Positions 40,002 through 49,774 are shown, counted from the stretch's first letter. The stretch: 64,000 nt of DNA from a bacterium (GCA_049472335.1 JBLIRO010000012.1:1-64000), one strand, 5' to 3'. The notes: generated by a model not told the origin, from the sequence alone. Made by a program: numbers and translations.

Positions 40002-41411
40002 ATGACTTTAACTGAAACCGAGCTTGTAGACGTGAGAGAGGCTATACGGGTTAAATCAAGGATACCGTTGCGTTATCAGAGAGTTACGGAAGATAAAATC
40101 GAGAAGGAATTTAAGGAATCCATAACCAAAGATATCAGTACTAACGGAGTGCTGTTCGAAGCTTCGGAACTGCTCCCCCTCGGGCATAGGTTAAAGATTT
40201 TTCTTGATATCCCCGGTGTTGATGATGAGATAGTTGTTTTGGGGAAGGTTGCCAGGATAGAAGAGATACATTTCGGCAAATCCTATAATATCGGAGTGAA
40301 GTTTGAACAGATCAGCAGGGCAGATCTGCAAAGAATCAAGAGATTGATAGAGATGGTGGATATCATCCGCCTGCTTAATCTCGCACACAATGAAAAAGCT
40401 TCAGATCTTCATCTTACTTATGGCCGTCCGCCAATCTTGAGAGTTTTTGGAAATCTCGTTCCATTGGACATGGAAGCGTTGTTTAAGGAAGATCTGAAGG
40501 CCATGATATATAGTATTCTAACAGAGTCCCAGATTAAGAAATTTGAAAAATATAAAGAATTGGATTTTGCTTTTTCACCGGACCCAGAAAAGAGATTCAG
40601 AGTAAATGTACATATGCAGAGAGGCAATGTGGAGGCTACCTTCCGAACCATAATGCCTCAAATCAGATCCATAAAAGAGCTCGGTTTGCCAAATGTTGTT
40701 GCTGATCTGGCTTTAAAAAGGAAAGGAATAGTAATTATAGCCGGTCCTACGGGAGCAGGCAAAACAACTACTTTGGCAGCAATGGTGGATCTGATCAACA
40801 GCGAAAGAGAATCAGTTATTATATGTCTTGAGGATCCGATCGAATATGTTCATAAGAACAAAAGAAGCATTATAAAGCAGAGGGAGATAGGTTCGGATAC
40901 CATATCTTTCTCTACGGCTCTTAAAGAGGCCCTTCGTCAAGATCCCGATGTTATACTGATAGGAGAACTCCAGGATTCAGAATCCATACAGACTGCAATC
41001 ACTGCGGCAGAGACAGGACATTTGGTCCTAACTTCTATGCATGCACCAAACTGTATACAGGTAATTGACAGGATCACAAATATGTTTACTTCCCAGCAGA
41101 GAAGGCCGATCTCCATTTCATTGAGTAACTGTCTTCAGGGCATAATCTCTCAGGTGCTATTGCCGAGGAAAGACGGCAATGACAGAGTTGTGGCAACAGA
41201 AGCTTTACTTATTTCAGAGGCTGTCAAAAGCATTATCAGGGAAGGAAGTATTATGCAACTAACTTCATCTATACAGACAGGCGGCAAGTATAAAATGCAT
41301 TCAATGCAGGATTCTGTTTTAAGATTATATAAAAATGGTCTTATAGATAAGGAAATTGCGGCAGAATATTGCACTGAGATGGATTTAGAAAAGGTTATTT
41401 CATATTTTTAA
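40002..41411 (+). CDS. PilZ-domain-fused PilT/PilU family ATPase
   Basis: N-terminal REAIR (RxxxR) and DISTNG (DxSxxG); then ASDLHL, GPTGAGKTTT, EDPIE, LRQDPD. Confidence 0.88.
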   Translation: MTLTETELVDVREAIRVKSRIPLRYQRVTEDKIEKEFKESITKDISTNGVLFEASELLPLGHRLKIFLDIPGVDDEIVVLGKVARIEEIHFGKSYNIGVKFEQISRADLQRIKRLIEMVDIIRLLNLAHNEKASDLHLTYGRPPILRVFGNLVPLDMEALFKEDLKAMIYSILTESQIKKFEKYKELDFAFSPDPEKRFRVNVHMQRGNVEATFRTIMPQIRSIKELGLPNVVADLALKRKGIVIIAGPTGAGKTTTLAAMVDLINSERESVIICLEDPIEYVHKNKRSIIKQREIGSDTISFSTALKEALRQDPDVILIGELQDSESIQTAITAAETGHLVLTSMHAPNCIQVIDRITNMFTSQQRRPISISLSNCLQGIISQVLLPRKDGNDRVVATEALLISEAVKSIIREGSIMQLTSSIQTGGKYKMHSMQDSVLRLYKNGLIDKEIAAEYCTEMDLEKVISYF

Positions 41412-41438
41412 TTTTGTCACCCGAAGTTATATATGTAA

Positions 41439-42599
41439 TTATCTGTATTGTAATGTCAGTGAGCCCTCATCCAGGGTAGAACCGGAAGAGCCTTCTACTG
41501 TATAATTTCCGACAATCATGCCATTGCTTTGCGCAGTGCCCTCGAATATTAAAACAGATCCACCGAGATTTATCTCGAGACTGACCATATTGCCATTAAC
41601 AGTGCCTGTTATATTTGTTTTACCACTTGTCCCTATGGTAAATTCCTTCAATTTGATTTCCCCTTCAATCTGGGTATCAAACTGGTCTATTTCTGCAAAG
41701 CAGATCTGACCGACGACGCTGGTAGTATCGCTTGACCATTCACCTCTGTATTCACCATTTATCTTAACTGTCGCCTTGGTGGATGTGGAGATCCCTGAAG
41801 TGGGCCAGTAATTAGAGTTTGGATTATAGTATCCGTTGGTTATTGTTTGATTTGTGGTATAGGAATTAGAAGGTACATATACAGTAGGCTGATATTGAGA
41901 GTATGTGGATGATTGCTGGTAATTTGAAGTTTGATATGGTGAATAATTAGTATAAGTCTGTGATTGAGTCGGGGCATAATACCCTGTCTGTCCCGCAGGG
42001 ATATAGGTGCCTGTGGATGTATTCGATTGTCCATAGGTTCCGGTCTGTGATGATGAAGTCTGTGACTGAGTATTTGTATTGTTATTATTGGGATAGGTTT
42101 GTACCGTCTGATAAATATTCGATGAGAGAGAAGGGTAATTTGTAGACTGATAGGTACTTTGAGATTGATATGTACTATATGGATTATAAACACCGGAATT
42201 ATATATCTGTGAAAGATATCCTGAAATATAACTGCTGCTGGTAGGTAAATACCTGACAGCATTATTAACGACAGTATTATTAGTTGTATTAGTTGTATTG
42301 GTAACGGTGCCGTTTGTGGAAGAGCTGCCTGTCTGATTTTGAATTTGAAGGTACGGATAAGCGGAATAATAATCATTATATGAAAAATTCTGGGAATAGG
42401 TGCTTGAATTTGAGGGAATAAAAGTTGTGCCAAGGTATCCGTAAATTGGTGAAATAGGACCTAAAAGCGGGTTTTGAAAAACAGGACCATAGTAAGAGAA
42501 TGCTGCCTTTATATTTAAGTTAAAAATTATAACAGGTATGCATAGAAGAAAAAGGCAAACGGTTAATAAGCTTTTGTTTTGGAATGATATGTTAATCAT
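41439..42599 (-). CDS. Putative secreted Tyr/Ser/Thr/Gln/Asn-rich protein with C-terminal beta domain
   Basis: Signal peptide, low-complexity middle, GEYRGEWSS domain. Confidence 0.78.
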   Translation of the reverse strand: MINISFQNKSLLTVCLFLLCIPVIIFNLNIKAAFSYYGPVFQNPLLGPISPIYGYLGTTFIPSNSSTYSQNFSYNDYYSAYPYLQIQNQTGSSSTNGTVTNTTNTTNNTVVNNAVRYLPTSSSYISGYLSQIYNSGVYNPYSTYQSQSTYQSTNYPSLSSNIYQTVQTYPNNNNTNTQSQTSSSQTGTYGQSNTSTGTYIPAGQTGYYAPTQSQTYTNYSPYQTSNYQQSSTYSQYQPTVYVPSNSYTTNQTITNGYYNPNSNYWPTSGISTSTKATVKINGEYRGEWSSDTTSVVGQICFAEIDQFDTQIEGEIKLKEFTIGTSGKTNITGTVNGNMVSLEINLGGSVLIFEGTAQSNGMIVGNYTVEGSSGSTLDEGSLTLQYR

Positions 42600-42693
42600 A
42601 ATACCCCCCCCAGGCTTACCCTTATGATCAGATATCAAAGATCATTATATCCAATATGTCAAAGATCAATTACTCTCTGTCGGATAATGCTTT

Positions 42694-42709
42694 CGCATAA
42701 ATGGTGCCA
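42694..42709 (-). promoter_or_regulatory. Sigma-54 (-24/-12) promoter for the 41439-42599 gene
   Basis: Minus strand TGGCACCATTTATGCG (GG-N10-GC). Confidence 0.65.
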
Positions 42710-43062
42710 TAAATAAGAACAGGCAGACTTTTTCTTTTACAGGTTAACCATTTGCCATAACATATTTAAAAATAAGCAATTCAGGAAGATCTTAAATAGG
42801 ACTGAAAAAAAGGGTTTTTTCTTATTTTGTTCAAAAAAGTTCAAAATATGATCATCTTCAATTTGGTCTGATCATAAAATGATCAATCAAAATAAATTGC
42901 ATGGCGAAGGGATTTTTCAATATGTCTGAGGAAAACAATACTATAATTTTGCCATATTTTCTGATATATTTTAAAGTATCAGTCAAAAACCAAGGTAATG
43001 TATAGGGTGTTCAAAGATATGAAAATGAAATATTTTTTTAATCTTTTTGGAGGAGAGATAGT

Positions 43063-43374
43063 ATGGACACTATTCCCGTTCTCGTTGAAGAACCACGTAA
43101 AAAAGCAAGAACATTAGATGATTCTGGCTTTTTTGAGACAATGACCTCTGTTCGAAATATTGATGTGAACAAACTAAAACAATCAATAGGAGATCTTTCA
43201 ACAAAGATATCTTCGATATTTCATGATATTCATAAGGTGGGTGAATATCGTCTTCAAGAGATCCAGATCTCTGTTGAGATCAGTGCAGAGGGCGGCATTT
43301 CCCTTGTCGGAACTCTTAAAGGGGGGGCAAGAGGAGCGGTTACCCTCACTTTCGGGCCGGAACATAGCAAGTGA
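43063..43374 (+). CDS. Pepco/Trypco-like small peptidase-associated protein
   Basis: L.EIQISVEISAEGGISLVG...GA.GAVTLTF pattern; coupled to the next gene by a GTGA overlap. Confidence 0.6.
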   Translation: MDTIPVLVEEPRKKARTLDDSGFFETMTSVRNIDVNKLKQSIGDLSTKISSIFHDIHKVGEYRLQEIQISVEISAEGGISLVGTLKGGARGAVTLTFGPEHSK

Positions 43375-46082
43375 TAAATATGCCCTCTGAAAATAAAGAT
43401 TTTGCCACTGCGGTTCCTCTGCCGCTGGAACCTTTTTTTCTTGTGCTTTCAGAAAAAGGTTTTACTATAACCATAACTGACTGGGAACGACTACATCGTG
43501 CATTGGCATGTCGCGGAAATTGGACACTAAGGCGCCTGCGTAATGTGCTGATATCTCTCTTGGCGAAGAATGAGGAACAGACAATAATATTTGAGCGATG
43601 CTTTGACAGATATTTCGGACTCGTTGCGGATTGTGTCCCATCGAATCCTGATGCCATAAAGGATTTCAGGGCATTATTGACAGATCAGCCAGAGGTTGGA
43701 CATCGAATAGAAAAGGAGGAGCACCCTCTTCCTCAGGAAGAAAGGGTTCCCCCGTTACCACCTGATGAATCTTTAAAACATGAAACGTGGCCGCACACTC
43801 TCCGGTTTTCGGACATATGGGTTACTGCCGGAAAAATCGATATAATCACAGATGAAGTGCCACAACTCAAGGACGATGAGGAGGAGTCGCTGGTCTGGGA
43901 TCCGCATCTGCCCCATCTGTTTCCATGGTATGAAGTGGGCGGTCAGGCTCCACCCCGCGTGGACCCCGCAACACTTGATTTTCTTGCCGATTGTATGGGT
44001 TATTATCAGACAGAAGCGCCCGGCAGACGGTTAGATGTTATCCGCAGCATACGGGCCGGGATCGAGGCAGGCGGGCTGCCAAGATTCATATTTGAACCGG
44101 CACGGATGCTACGCACCCTGGTAATCCTTGAAGACATGTCTGCACGAGCACGGCAATGGAATCCTGTGGCCGAAGAGCTGGCGCGTGACATGGAACTGCA
44201 CGGGGTCACAGTGTTGCGCGGCAGGTTCAATACATCACCGCTTCATTTCATAATTGAATCAGGGGAAATCCTGCATCTTGAGGATATAGAATATGACCGT
44301 ACAGGGGCTATTCTTCTGATATTCAGCGACAGCCAGTGCCTGCGTTCAGGTGACCCGGAGATGATACTCGATGAGTTGCGCACATGGCCGAACCTCGCAT
44401 GGCTCGATCTGCGCGAGCCCCGCTCATGGGACCGGCCAACATTTATTGTGAAAAGATTTGGTATAGACGTACATCCCGCTTCCAGGAAAGGGATCGAATG
44501 CGCTATGAGACGATTCCTCACAGAAGAGGGATCGCTGCCCGACTGGTTTAGCGAAACCAGGGCCTGCAAGGAACACTACCGTACAGATATGTCGCTGGAG
44601 AGATATATTGCAAATGTATTGGACAGGGCAATCCCTTGGGCGGAGTCCTGTGCCCTGTTGCAGCCTGTGGGTTATGGATTGGCGGAAAGATTAAGGGAGT
44701 CCTTTTTTCCGAAGATACCTGCCGAATCGATAGGGCGTTTCCATGATTTGCCGGACACGACAATCACCTCGGAAGGGATACATTTCAGCGATGAGGTATG
44801 TCGTATTCTCAAAAGAGGGTTTCACGACCATATTGAACCTGAGTTACACGATAGGATTGTAGGATTTATTTTACATGAGCTGAAAAAAATCATTGATCGA
44901 TTGCCCGGAGGAACACAGGACCGTCCCGCATTGGCAAGCAAACTGGGGGATGTGTGCCTTCTTCAGTTGGAAATGGAGCTAAAATCAAGGCCTGTAGAGG
45001 GATTGACATGCAATGGCATGTGTGATTCATGCAACCCGCAATTGAAAAAAAAGTGTCCGGAGAGAAGGCTCACCGAGTTGGCCGATCAGTTCCCTCAGCT
45101 TTCCCCGCTCATTAAAGATGCACTGGAAAAACTTAGCGAATATAAAATACCGATTCAACTTCCTCCCCCAGGCATGCTCCTGATTCCTGATGGAACTTTC
45201 TCCATGGGTGATTCCTCGGGGGAAGGGCATGATGATGAGCGTCCGGTGCACGAGGTCTTTGTTGGTGCCTTTTATCTGGATGAATATCCTGTAACCGGGA
45301 GCCTGTGGAGTGAGGTATATGAGTGGGCCGGGAGGAACGGTTATAGATTTGACAATGAGGGAAAAAGCCGCAGGCCGAGCCATCCAGTTACGAACGTGAG
45401 CTGGTATGATGCGGTGAAATGGGCGAATGCCCGGTCTGAGATGACGGGACGCAAGCCGGTTTACTATACTGATGGGGGCCGCAGGGAGGTATACCGAGAG
45501 GGAAGGATAGATCTTTCCGTAGAGGCGGTGGACTGGGAGGCGGACGGGTTCAGGTTGCCCGGTGAGGCGGAATGGGAGAAGGGGGCGCGGGGCGGTCTTG
45601 AGGGCCACCATTATCCGTGGGAGAGCAAGGGTAAAGGCTATGAGGGTTATATAAGCAGGGATAAGGCGAACTATGGCAATAATGAGGGCGGTACAACAGA
45701 GGTGGGCAGGTATGCACCCAATGGGTACGGCCTGTATGATATGGCTGGGAATGTGTGGGAGTGGTGCTGGGACTGGTTTGATTCAGGGTGGTATGAGAAA
45801 TCGGGGTCTCATGTAGCAGATTGTCGTGGTCCGGAAAAAGGCAGGTACCGGGTTTTCCGTGGCGGCTCGTGGCGCGTCGTCCCGATCCGCCTTCGCTGTG
45901 CTTTCCGGAGCTGCGGCGTTCCGGGGTACTCGAGCGGCAGCCTTGGCTTCCGCCTTGCCATAGGTCAGTTGATCGCCGGAGGCAGGGTGCAAGGGAGCGG
46001 CCCTGGCGCGCGAAGCAGGCGCCAGGCAAGCGACCGAGCACCAAAGAGGCCATGGTGGAAGAAAGCAAGGATTAAGAGTTGA
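43371..46082 (+). CDS. DGR target: vWA-like (MoxR partner) protein with C-terminal FGE-sulfatase/CLec domain
   Basis: LDVIRSIRA..GG.P, LVILEDMS, LLIFSD, LAWLD; FSMGD..DERPVH, FRLPGEAEWEK, NGYGLYDMAGNVWEW, RGGSW, GFR. Confidence 0.88.
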   Translation: MINMPSENKDFATAVPLPLEPFFLVLSEKGFTITITDWERLHRALACRGNWTLRRLRNVLISLLAKNEEQTIIFERCFDRYFGLVADCVPSNPDAIKDFRALLTDQPEVGHRIEKEEHPLPQEERVPPLPPDESLKHETWPHTLRFSDIWVTAGKIDIITDEVPQLKDDEEESLVWDPHLPHLFPWYEVGGQAPPRVDPATLDFLADCMGYYQTEAPGRRLDVIRSIRAGIEAGGLPRFIFEPARMLRTLVILEDMSARARQWNPVAEELARDMELHGVTVLRGRFNTSPLHFIIESGEILHLEDIEYDRTGAILLIFSDSQCLRSGDPEMILDELRTWPNLAWLDLREPRSWDRPTFIVKRFGIDVHPASRKGIECAMRRFLTEEGSLPDWFSETRACKEHYRTDMSLERYIANVLDRAIPWAESCALLQPVGYGLAERLRESFFPKIPAESIGRFHDLPDTTITSEGIHFSDEVCRILKRGFHDHIEPELHDRIVGFILHELKKIIDRLPGGTQDRPALASKLGDVCLLQLEMELKSRPVEGLTCNGMCDSCNPQLKKKCPERRLTELADQFPQLSPLIKDALEKLSEYKIPIQLPPPGMLLIPDGTFSMGDSSGEGHDDERPVHEVFVGAFYLDEYPVTGSLWSEVYEWAGRNGYRFDNEGKSRRPSHPVTNVSWYDAVKWANARSEMTGRKPVYYTDGGRREVYREGRIDLSVEAVDWEADGFRLPGEAEWEKGARGGLEGHHYPWESKGKGYEGYISRDKANYGNNEGGTTEVGRYAPNGYGLYDMAGNVWEWCWDWFDSGWYEKSGSHVADCRGPEKGRYRVFRGGSWRVVPIRLRCAFRSCGVPGYSSGSLGFRLAIGQLIAGGRVQGSGPGARSRRQASDRAPKRPWWKKARIKS
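45837..45960 (+). repeat. DGR variable repeat (VR)
   Basis: 124-bp ungapped match to 47524-47647; 21 mismatches, all opposite TR adenines. Confidence 0.97.
46002..46026 (+). other. GC-rich hairpin downstream of VR (putative DGR homing/target-recognition element)
   Basis: cctggcgc-gcgaagcag-gcgccagg, perfect 8-bp stem about 40 nt after VR. Confidence 0.6.
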
Positions 46083-46567
46083 ATATTCAATTTCGTGTCT
46101 TTAGAATACCAATATCCAACAGTGAAGAGGCCATTGAAGAGATGAACAGCTTCCTGCGGGGTCACCGTATTGTGGAAATTACAAAACAATTTATTGAAAA
46201 TGAGGGGAATTCCTTTTGGACATTCTGTGTTGAATATCTTCACGGGGATGAATCTTCAGGTAAATCGGCCACGGCTAAAACCGACTACCGTGAAATACTC
46301 AATGAATCGGATTTCTCTATCTTTGCCCAGTTGCGGACCTTGAGAAAAGAAATCGCTGAAAAAGAGCGCCTTCCTGGCTATGTCCTTTTCACAAACGAGC
46401 AGTTGGCCAGAATGGTGCAAAACCGGGCCACAACGGAAGAGGCAATTGCAAAAATACCCGGAGTCGGTCAGGCACGTATTAAAAAGTACGGGGAACCATT
46501 TTTACGTATCCTAAGAGAGGTTTTTGTAAATGAAGAGAATCAACGGGCTGATGGAAAAAATCCTTGA
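46079..46567 (+). CDS. HRDC-domain DGR accessory protein
   Basis: F..LRTLRKEIAEKERLPGYVLFTNEQL...IPGVGQARIKKYG; lies between target and RT, overlapping both. Confidence 0.8.
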   Translation: MNIQFRVFRIPISNSEEAIEEMNSFLRGHRIVEITKQFIENEGNSFWTFCVEYLHGDESSGKSATAKTDYREILNESDFSIFAQLRTLRKEIAEKERLPGYVLFTNEQLARMVQNRATTEEAIAKIPGVGQARIKKYGEPFLRILREVFVNEENQRADGKNP

Positions 46568-47543
46568 TCCTGTTAATTTACGCATTGCTTTTCTAAAGGC
46601 GGCAAAAGGGAAAAGGGATAGGCCTGAAGTGCTTGATTTTGCTGGGCAGTTAGGTAAAACACTCAGTATAATGCGGAATGAATTGGAGCATGAGAAATTT
46701 GTTTTCGGAAAATTCTCAACGTTCTATGTTCATGATCCAAAGGAAAGGTTAATTTATGCCCCTGGGTTCTCTGAGCGTGTCCTTCACCATGCAATAATGA
46801 ACGTGTGCGAACCTGTTTTTGATAGGCATCTGATCTTTGATACCTATGCATGCAGAAAGGGGAAAGGGAGGCTTGCTGCCATTGAGCGCGCAAAAAATCT
46901 TTCCAGGAGCTACCTTTGGTTCCTGAAAATGGATATTCACAAATATTTTGACAGCATCGATCATAACATACTTACAGGCCTTTTGTGTCGAAAGTTTAAA
47001 GATAAAGGATTGCTCCGGCTTTTTGGGAGGGTTGTGGGGTCTTATGAAACCAAAAAGGGAAAGGGTATCCCTATCGGGGCATTGACATCACAGCATTTTG
47101 CCAATCTATATCTTTCTCCTCTTGACCGGTTTATCAAGGAGTCACTTGGATGCCGTGCGTATGTCAGATATATGGATGATATGGTTATATGGGGCAACAA
47201 GAAAAATTTTTTAAAATCAGTGCTCAAAGCCATTAAGGATTTTCTTAATAAAAATCTTGCCTTACAATTCAAACCATTCCCATTTATCAATCTATGTGAT
47301 AATGGTTTGGATTTCCTGGGTTTCCGTCTATTTCCCACAAAGGTCCTTTTGAACAGGCGTAGCTGTAAACGTTTAAAGCGGAAGTGGAAAAAATATTCCA
47401 CATTGTTTGATAATGGCATACTTTCACAGAGGCAATTTCAGGACAGAGTAACGGCATTGACTGCATTTACGCTTCACGCTGATACATCAGGGCTAAGAGA
47501 AAAGATATTCTGGGGTGGCGGCCAAAGGCAGGAACCGGGTTAA
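46530..47543 (+). CDS. DGR reverse transcriptase
   Basis: PKERLI, ERVLHHA, YACRKGKG, LKMDIHKYFDSIDH, GIPIGALTSQHFANLYL, YVRYMDD, DFLG; 337 aa, no maturase/endonuclease extension. Confidence 0.95.
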   Translation: MKRINGLMEKILDPVNLRIAFLKAAKGKRDRPEVLDFAGQLGKTLSIMRNELEHEKFVFGKFSTFYVHDPKERLIYAPGFSERVLHHAIMNVCEPVFDRHLIFDTYACRKGKGRLAAIERAKNLSRSYLWFLKMDIHKYFDSIDHNILTGLLCRKFKDKGLLRLFGRVVGSYETKKGKGIPIGALTSQHFANLYLSPLDRFIKESLGCRAYVRYMDDMVIWGNKKNFLKSVLKAIKDFLNKNLALQFKPFPFINLCDNGLDFLGFRLFPTKVLLNRRSCKRLKRKWKKYSTLFDNGILSQRQFQDRVTALTAFTLHADTSGLREKIFWGGGQRQEPG

Positions 47544-47647
47544 CCGTGGCGGCTCGTGGAACAACGACCCGATCAACCTTCGCTGTGCTTACCGGAACTA
47601 CAACGATCCGGAGAACTCGAACGACAACCTTGGCTTCCGCCTTGCCA
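47524..47647 (+). ncRNA. DGR template repeat (TR)
   Basis: Copy of VR with 10 AAC codons; 32 adenines, 21 substituted in VR; overlaps the last 20 nt of RT. Confidence 0.95.
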
Positions 47648-47800
47648 GTTCAGAGAATACGTTATATGACGATCGACTGACCAGGCCGTTATCCTGTCCC
47701 GATTAACGGGGTAATACCTCGCGGGCAAACAGGTACCGGTGGCAGGTATGAGTAGCCCTTTGGCGAAAGTTCCCGCCATTTAATTGCAAAGGGAGGGGTC

Positions 47801-49774
47801 ATGAAAGAAGAAACAAGATGGTTTATAAAAATAAAAAATACGGGAAAAAATACCTATTCAGGGGAATTGTATACTGAAGCGGGACCTGACAGAAGGAAAG
47901 AAATTAACAAAATGGAGATAGGTGTCAATTCAGGGGTTCGTGTGAAAGGTATCGATACGACATTTGGCGAGGTATTGGATGCGCTGGCGAATATGCATGA
48001 TCTATCATCTACAAAATCCCATAAGCCTCAAAGAGATAAAATTTGCGATGCATTGAGAACCGTAGATGGGCAGAGAGACCTCGGAGAATATCTATATAAA
48101 CAGGTATGGTCTGATGATCTTTTGAAGCTGCTGGAAGATCTCAATCAAACTAGCCCCACGGGCGGAGAAATACCGATGCATGTTACCATCATCGCCTGTG
48201 ATGATTACACAGCCCGACTGCCATGGGTGTTAATGTGCTCTGGCGGTATATTCCTTGTGGATCGTAACATCAGCATTTCAGTCTCTATTCGGAATGATTC
48301 AAAGGAGATACAAATCGGACCTTCCGTCAGGATGCTAATGGTTGCCCCAAATTTAGGAGAGGACGATACGGACGCCAGACAACATTTTCAAGATCTACAA
48401 AATCGCCTTTCAATGAGTAATAACCTGTGGGATTCCGAAAAAGAGCATCATAAGCTAAGGTTTGTAGACACATGGTTAGAATTTAAGAGAATGGTCCGGG
48501 AAATTAGTCCTGATATAGTCTATTACTACGGTCACGCCAATGATGCACGGTTGATATTTCCTGATGGCCCTGTTTCAGGGAAAAGGGGCGTGACATCGGC
48601 AGATTTTGCTGCCTTCTTCAGGCAAGAAGTGCCGGAAAGCGATTGGCCAAAGATTGTATATATCAACTGCTGCCGGGGCCATCAATTTGGCAGCCTAAAT
48701 CTTGGGAGGCAATTAGAAGATCTGTTCCCGGTAGTTGTCACAAACCGCACTATTGCCTATGTTGATGAGGCACGGACTCAGGCAACACGTTTTTTCGAAG
48801 AGCTTTTGAGCCGGAAACTGAACCCTCATGATGCCGCTGCATACATGTGCAGGATCCCGGGCATGCCTCGCGATTCTATTCAGTGGTGGACACCGGTGTT
48901 CTACCGAAATTATGGGGCCTTTTATAACCGCATAGAGATAGAGGGTGATATATGGCCTGATAAAGACTGGTCTTACAAGATTGACAGGACAAAACAGTAT
49001 GCCACCATTCAAACAGCAATGCAAGGGTTGCTCAGAGAGAAATGCGGTGCATGTGCATTTGTATGGTATGGAGAAAAAGGACAGGGCATATCCACGTTTT
49101 CCGAACGTCTTGAAATACAATTACCTGTAGATCTTGATATGAAAACAGAAGTAAGACAGGATTTCTGGGTCGTCAATCCTGTATGGCCACAGATCCACAC
49201 GGAAAAGGCTTTTAAGGATGCAATTTGCAATGCTTTCGGAGTTAAGGAGTTTAAGGAAATCCCTGCAATGATTTCAAAAAAGCAAATGGATTGCCATTGT
49301 CCTTGCGATCGTTTTCTTGTGATTGTCTCACATAGGACTGTCTCTTCACCTGAAAGCCTGCCTTCTCATGCCCTGAGAAGGTATATTGAATTGTGGGATG
49401 AATTTGTTGTGCCGAGATTGGAGAATGGTCAGTATCTCTTGATCGGCATTTCCTATGAGTGGCAAGACTGTGCACGTTTAGGCTCAATGCTCAATGACGT
49501 TTTCAGTTGTACACGGGTGAAAGAGGGTGATCCCGTGGGGCAACCGGATGAGGTGCTTAACCTTTTGCATATGTATCCGTATGCGCTTCTTGATCCACTC
49601 GTTCATTTAAATGTCAGTGACATCCGTGACATATTGAGAAAAAACTTCCAACACTGGAAGCCAAAGAGATGGGTTAAAGTGGCCAATCAGATAATTGCAC
49701 AAACAGAAGGGCATTATATAAATACAATTGCAGAGTTGAGCAAGATCAAGGAGTGCCATGATGAAATATTTTAA
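47801..49774 (+). CDS. CHAT (caspase-like) peptidase fused to putative inactive STAND (iSTAND) domain
   Basis: LPW.L, VYYYGHA (His), VYINCC (Cys), WWTPVFY; C-terminal IDR..Q...AFVWYGEKGQG..F.ERL degenerate P-loop. Confidence 0.7.
   Translation: MKEETRWFIKIKNTGKNTYSGELYTEAGPDRRKEINKMEIGVNSGVRVKGIDTTFGEVLDALANMHDLSSTKSHKPQRDKICDALRTVDGQRDLGEYLYKQVWSDDLLKLLEDLNQTSPTGGEIPMHVTIIACDDYTARLPWVLMCSGGIFLVDRNISISVSIRNDSKEIQIGPSVRMLMVAPNLGEDDTDARQHFQDLQNRLSMSNNLWDSEKEHHKLRFVDTWLEFKRMVREISPDIVYYYGHANDARLIFPDGPVSGKRGVTSADFAAFFRQEVPESDWPKIVYINCCRGHQFGSLNLGRQLEDLFPVVVTNRTIAYVDEARTQATRFFEELLSRKLNPHDAAAYMCRIPGMPRDSIQWWTPVFYRNYGAFYNRIEIEGDIWPDKDWSYKIDRTKQYATIQTAMQGLLREKCGACAFVWYGEKGQGISTFSERLEIQLPVDLDMKTEVRQDFWVVNPVWPQIHTEKAFKDAICNAFGVKEFKEIPAMISKKQMDCHCPCDRFLVIVSHRTVSSPESLPSHALRRYIELWDEFVVPRLENGQYLLIGISYEWQDCARLGSMLNDVFSCTRVKEGDPVGQPDEVLNLLHMYPYALLDPLVHLNVSDIRDILRKNFQHWKPKRWVKVANQIIAQTEGHYINTIAELSKIKECHDEIF

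Larger units (their letters stand above)
43371..47800 (+). mobile_element. Diversity-generating retroelement (target-VR, HRDC, RT, TR)
   Basis: All core components contiguous on the same strand. Confidence 0.93.

Noticed and set aside
43371..46082. Formylglycine-generating enzyme activity for the FGE domains
   Set aside because: Domain is fused to vWA or NACHT modules and its C-terminal region is the variable repeat; a binding role is more consistent
46530..47543. Group II intron, retron or CRISPR-associated RT
   Set aside because: Short RT with DGR-type motifs, no maturase or cas genes, and an adjacent TR/VR pair
47515..47706. 63-aa ORF resembling an FGE C-terminus (NRVNRGGSWNND...)
   Set aside because: It is the TR read in the VR frame; Asn-rich because of AAC codons, and not expected to be a protein
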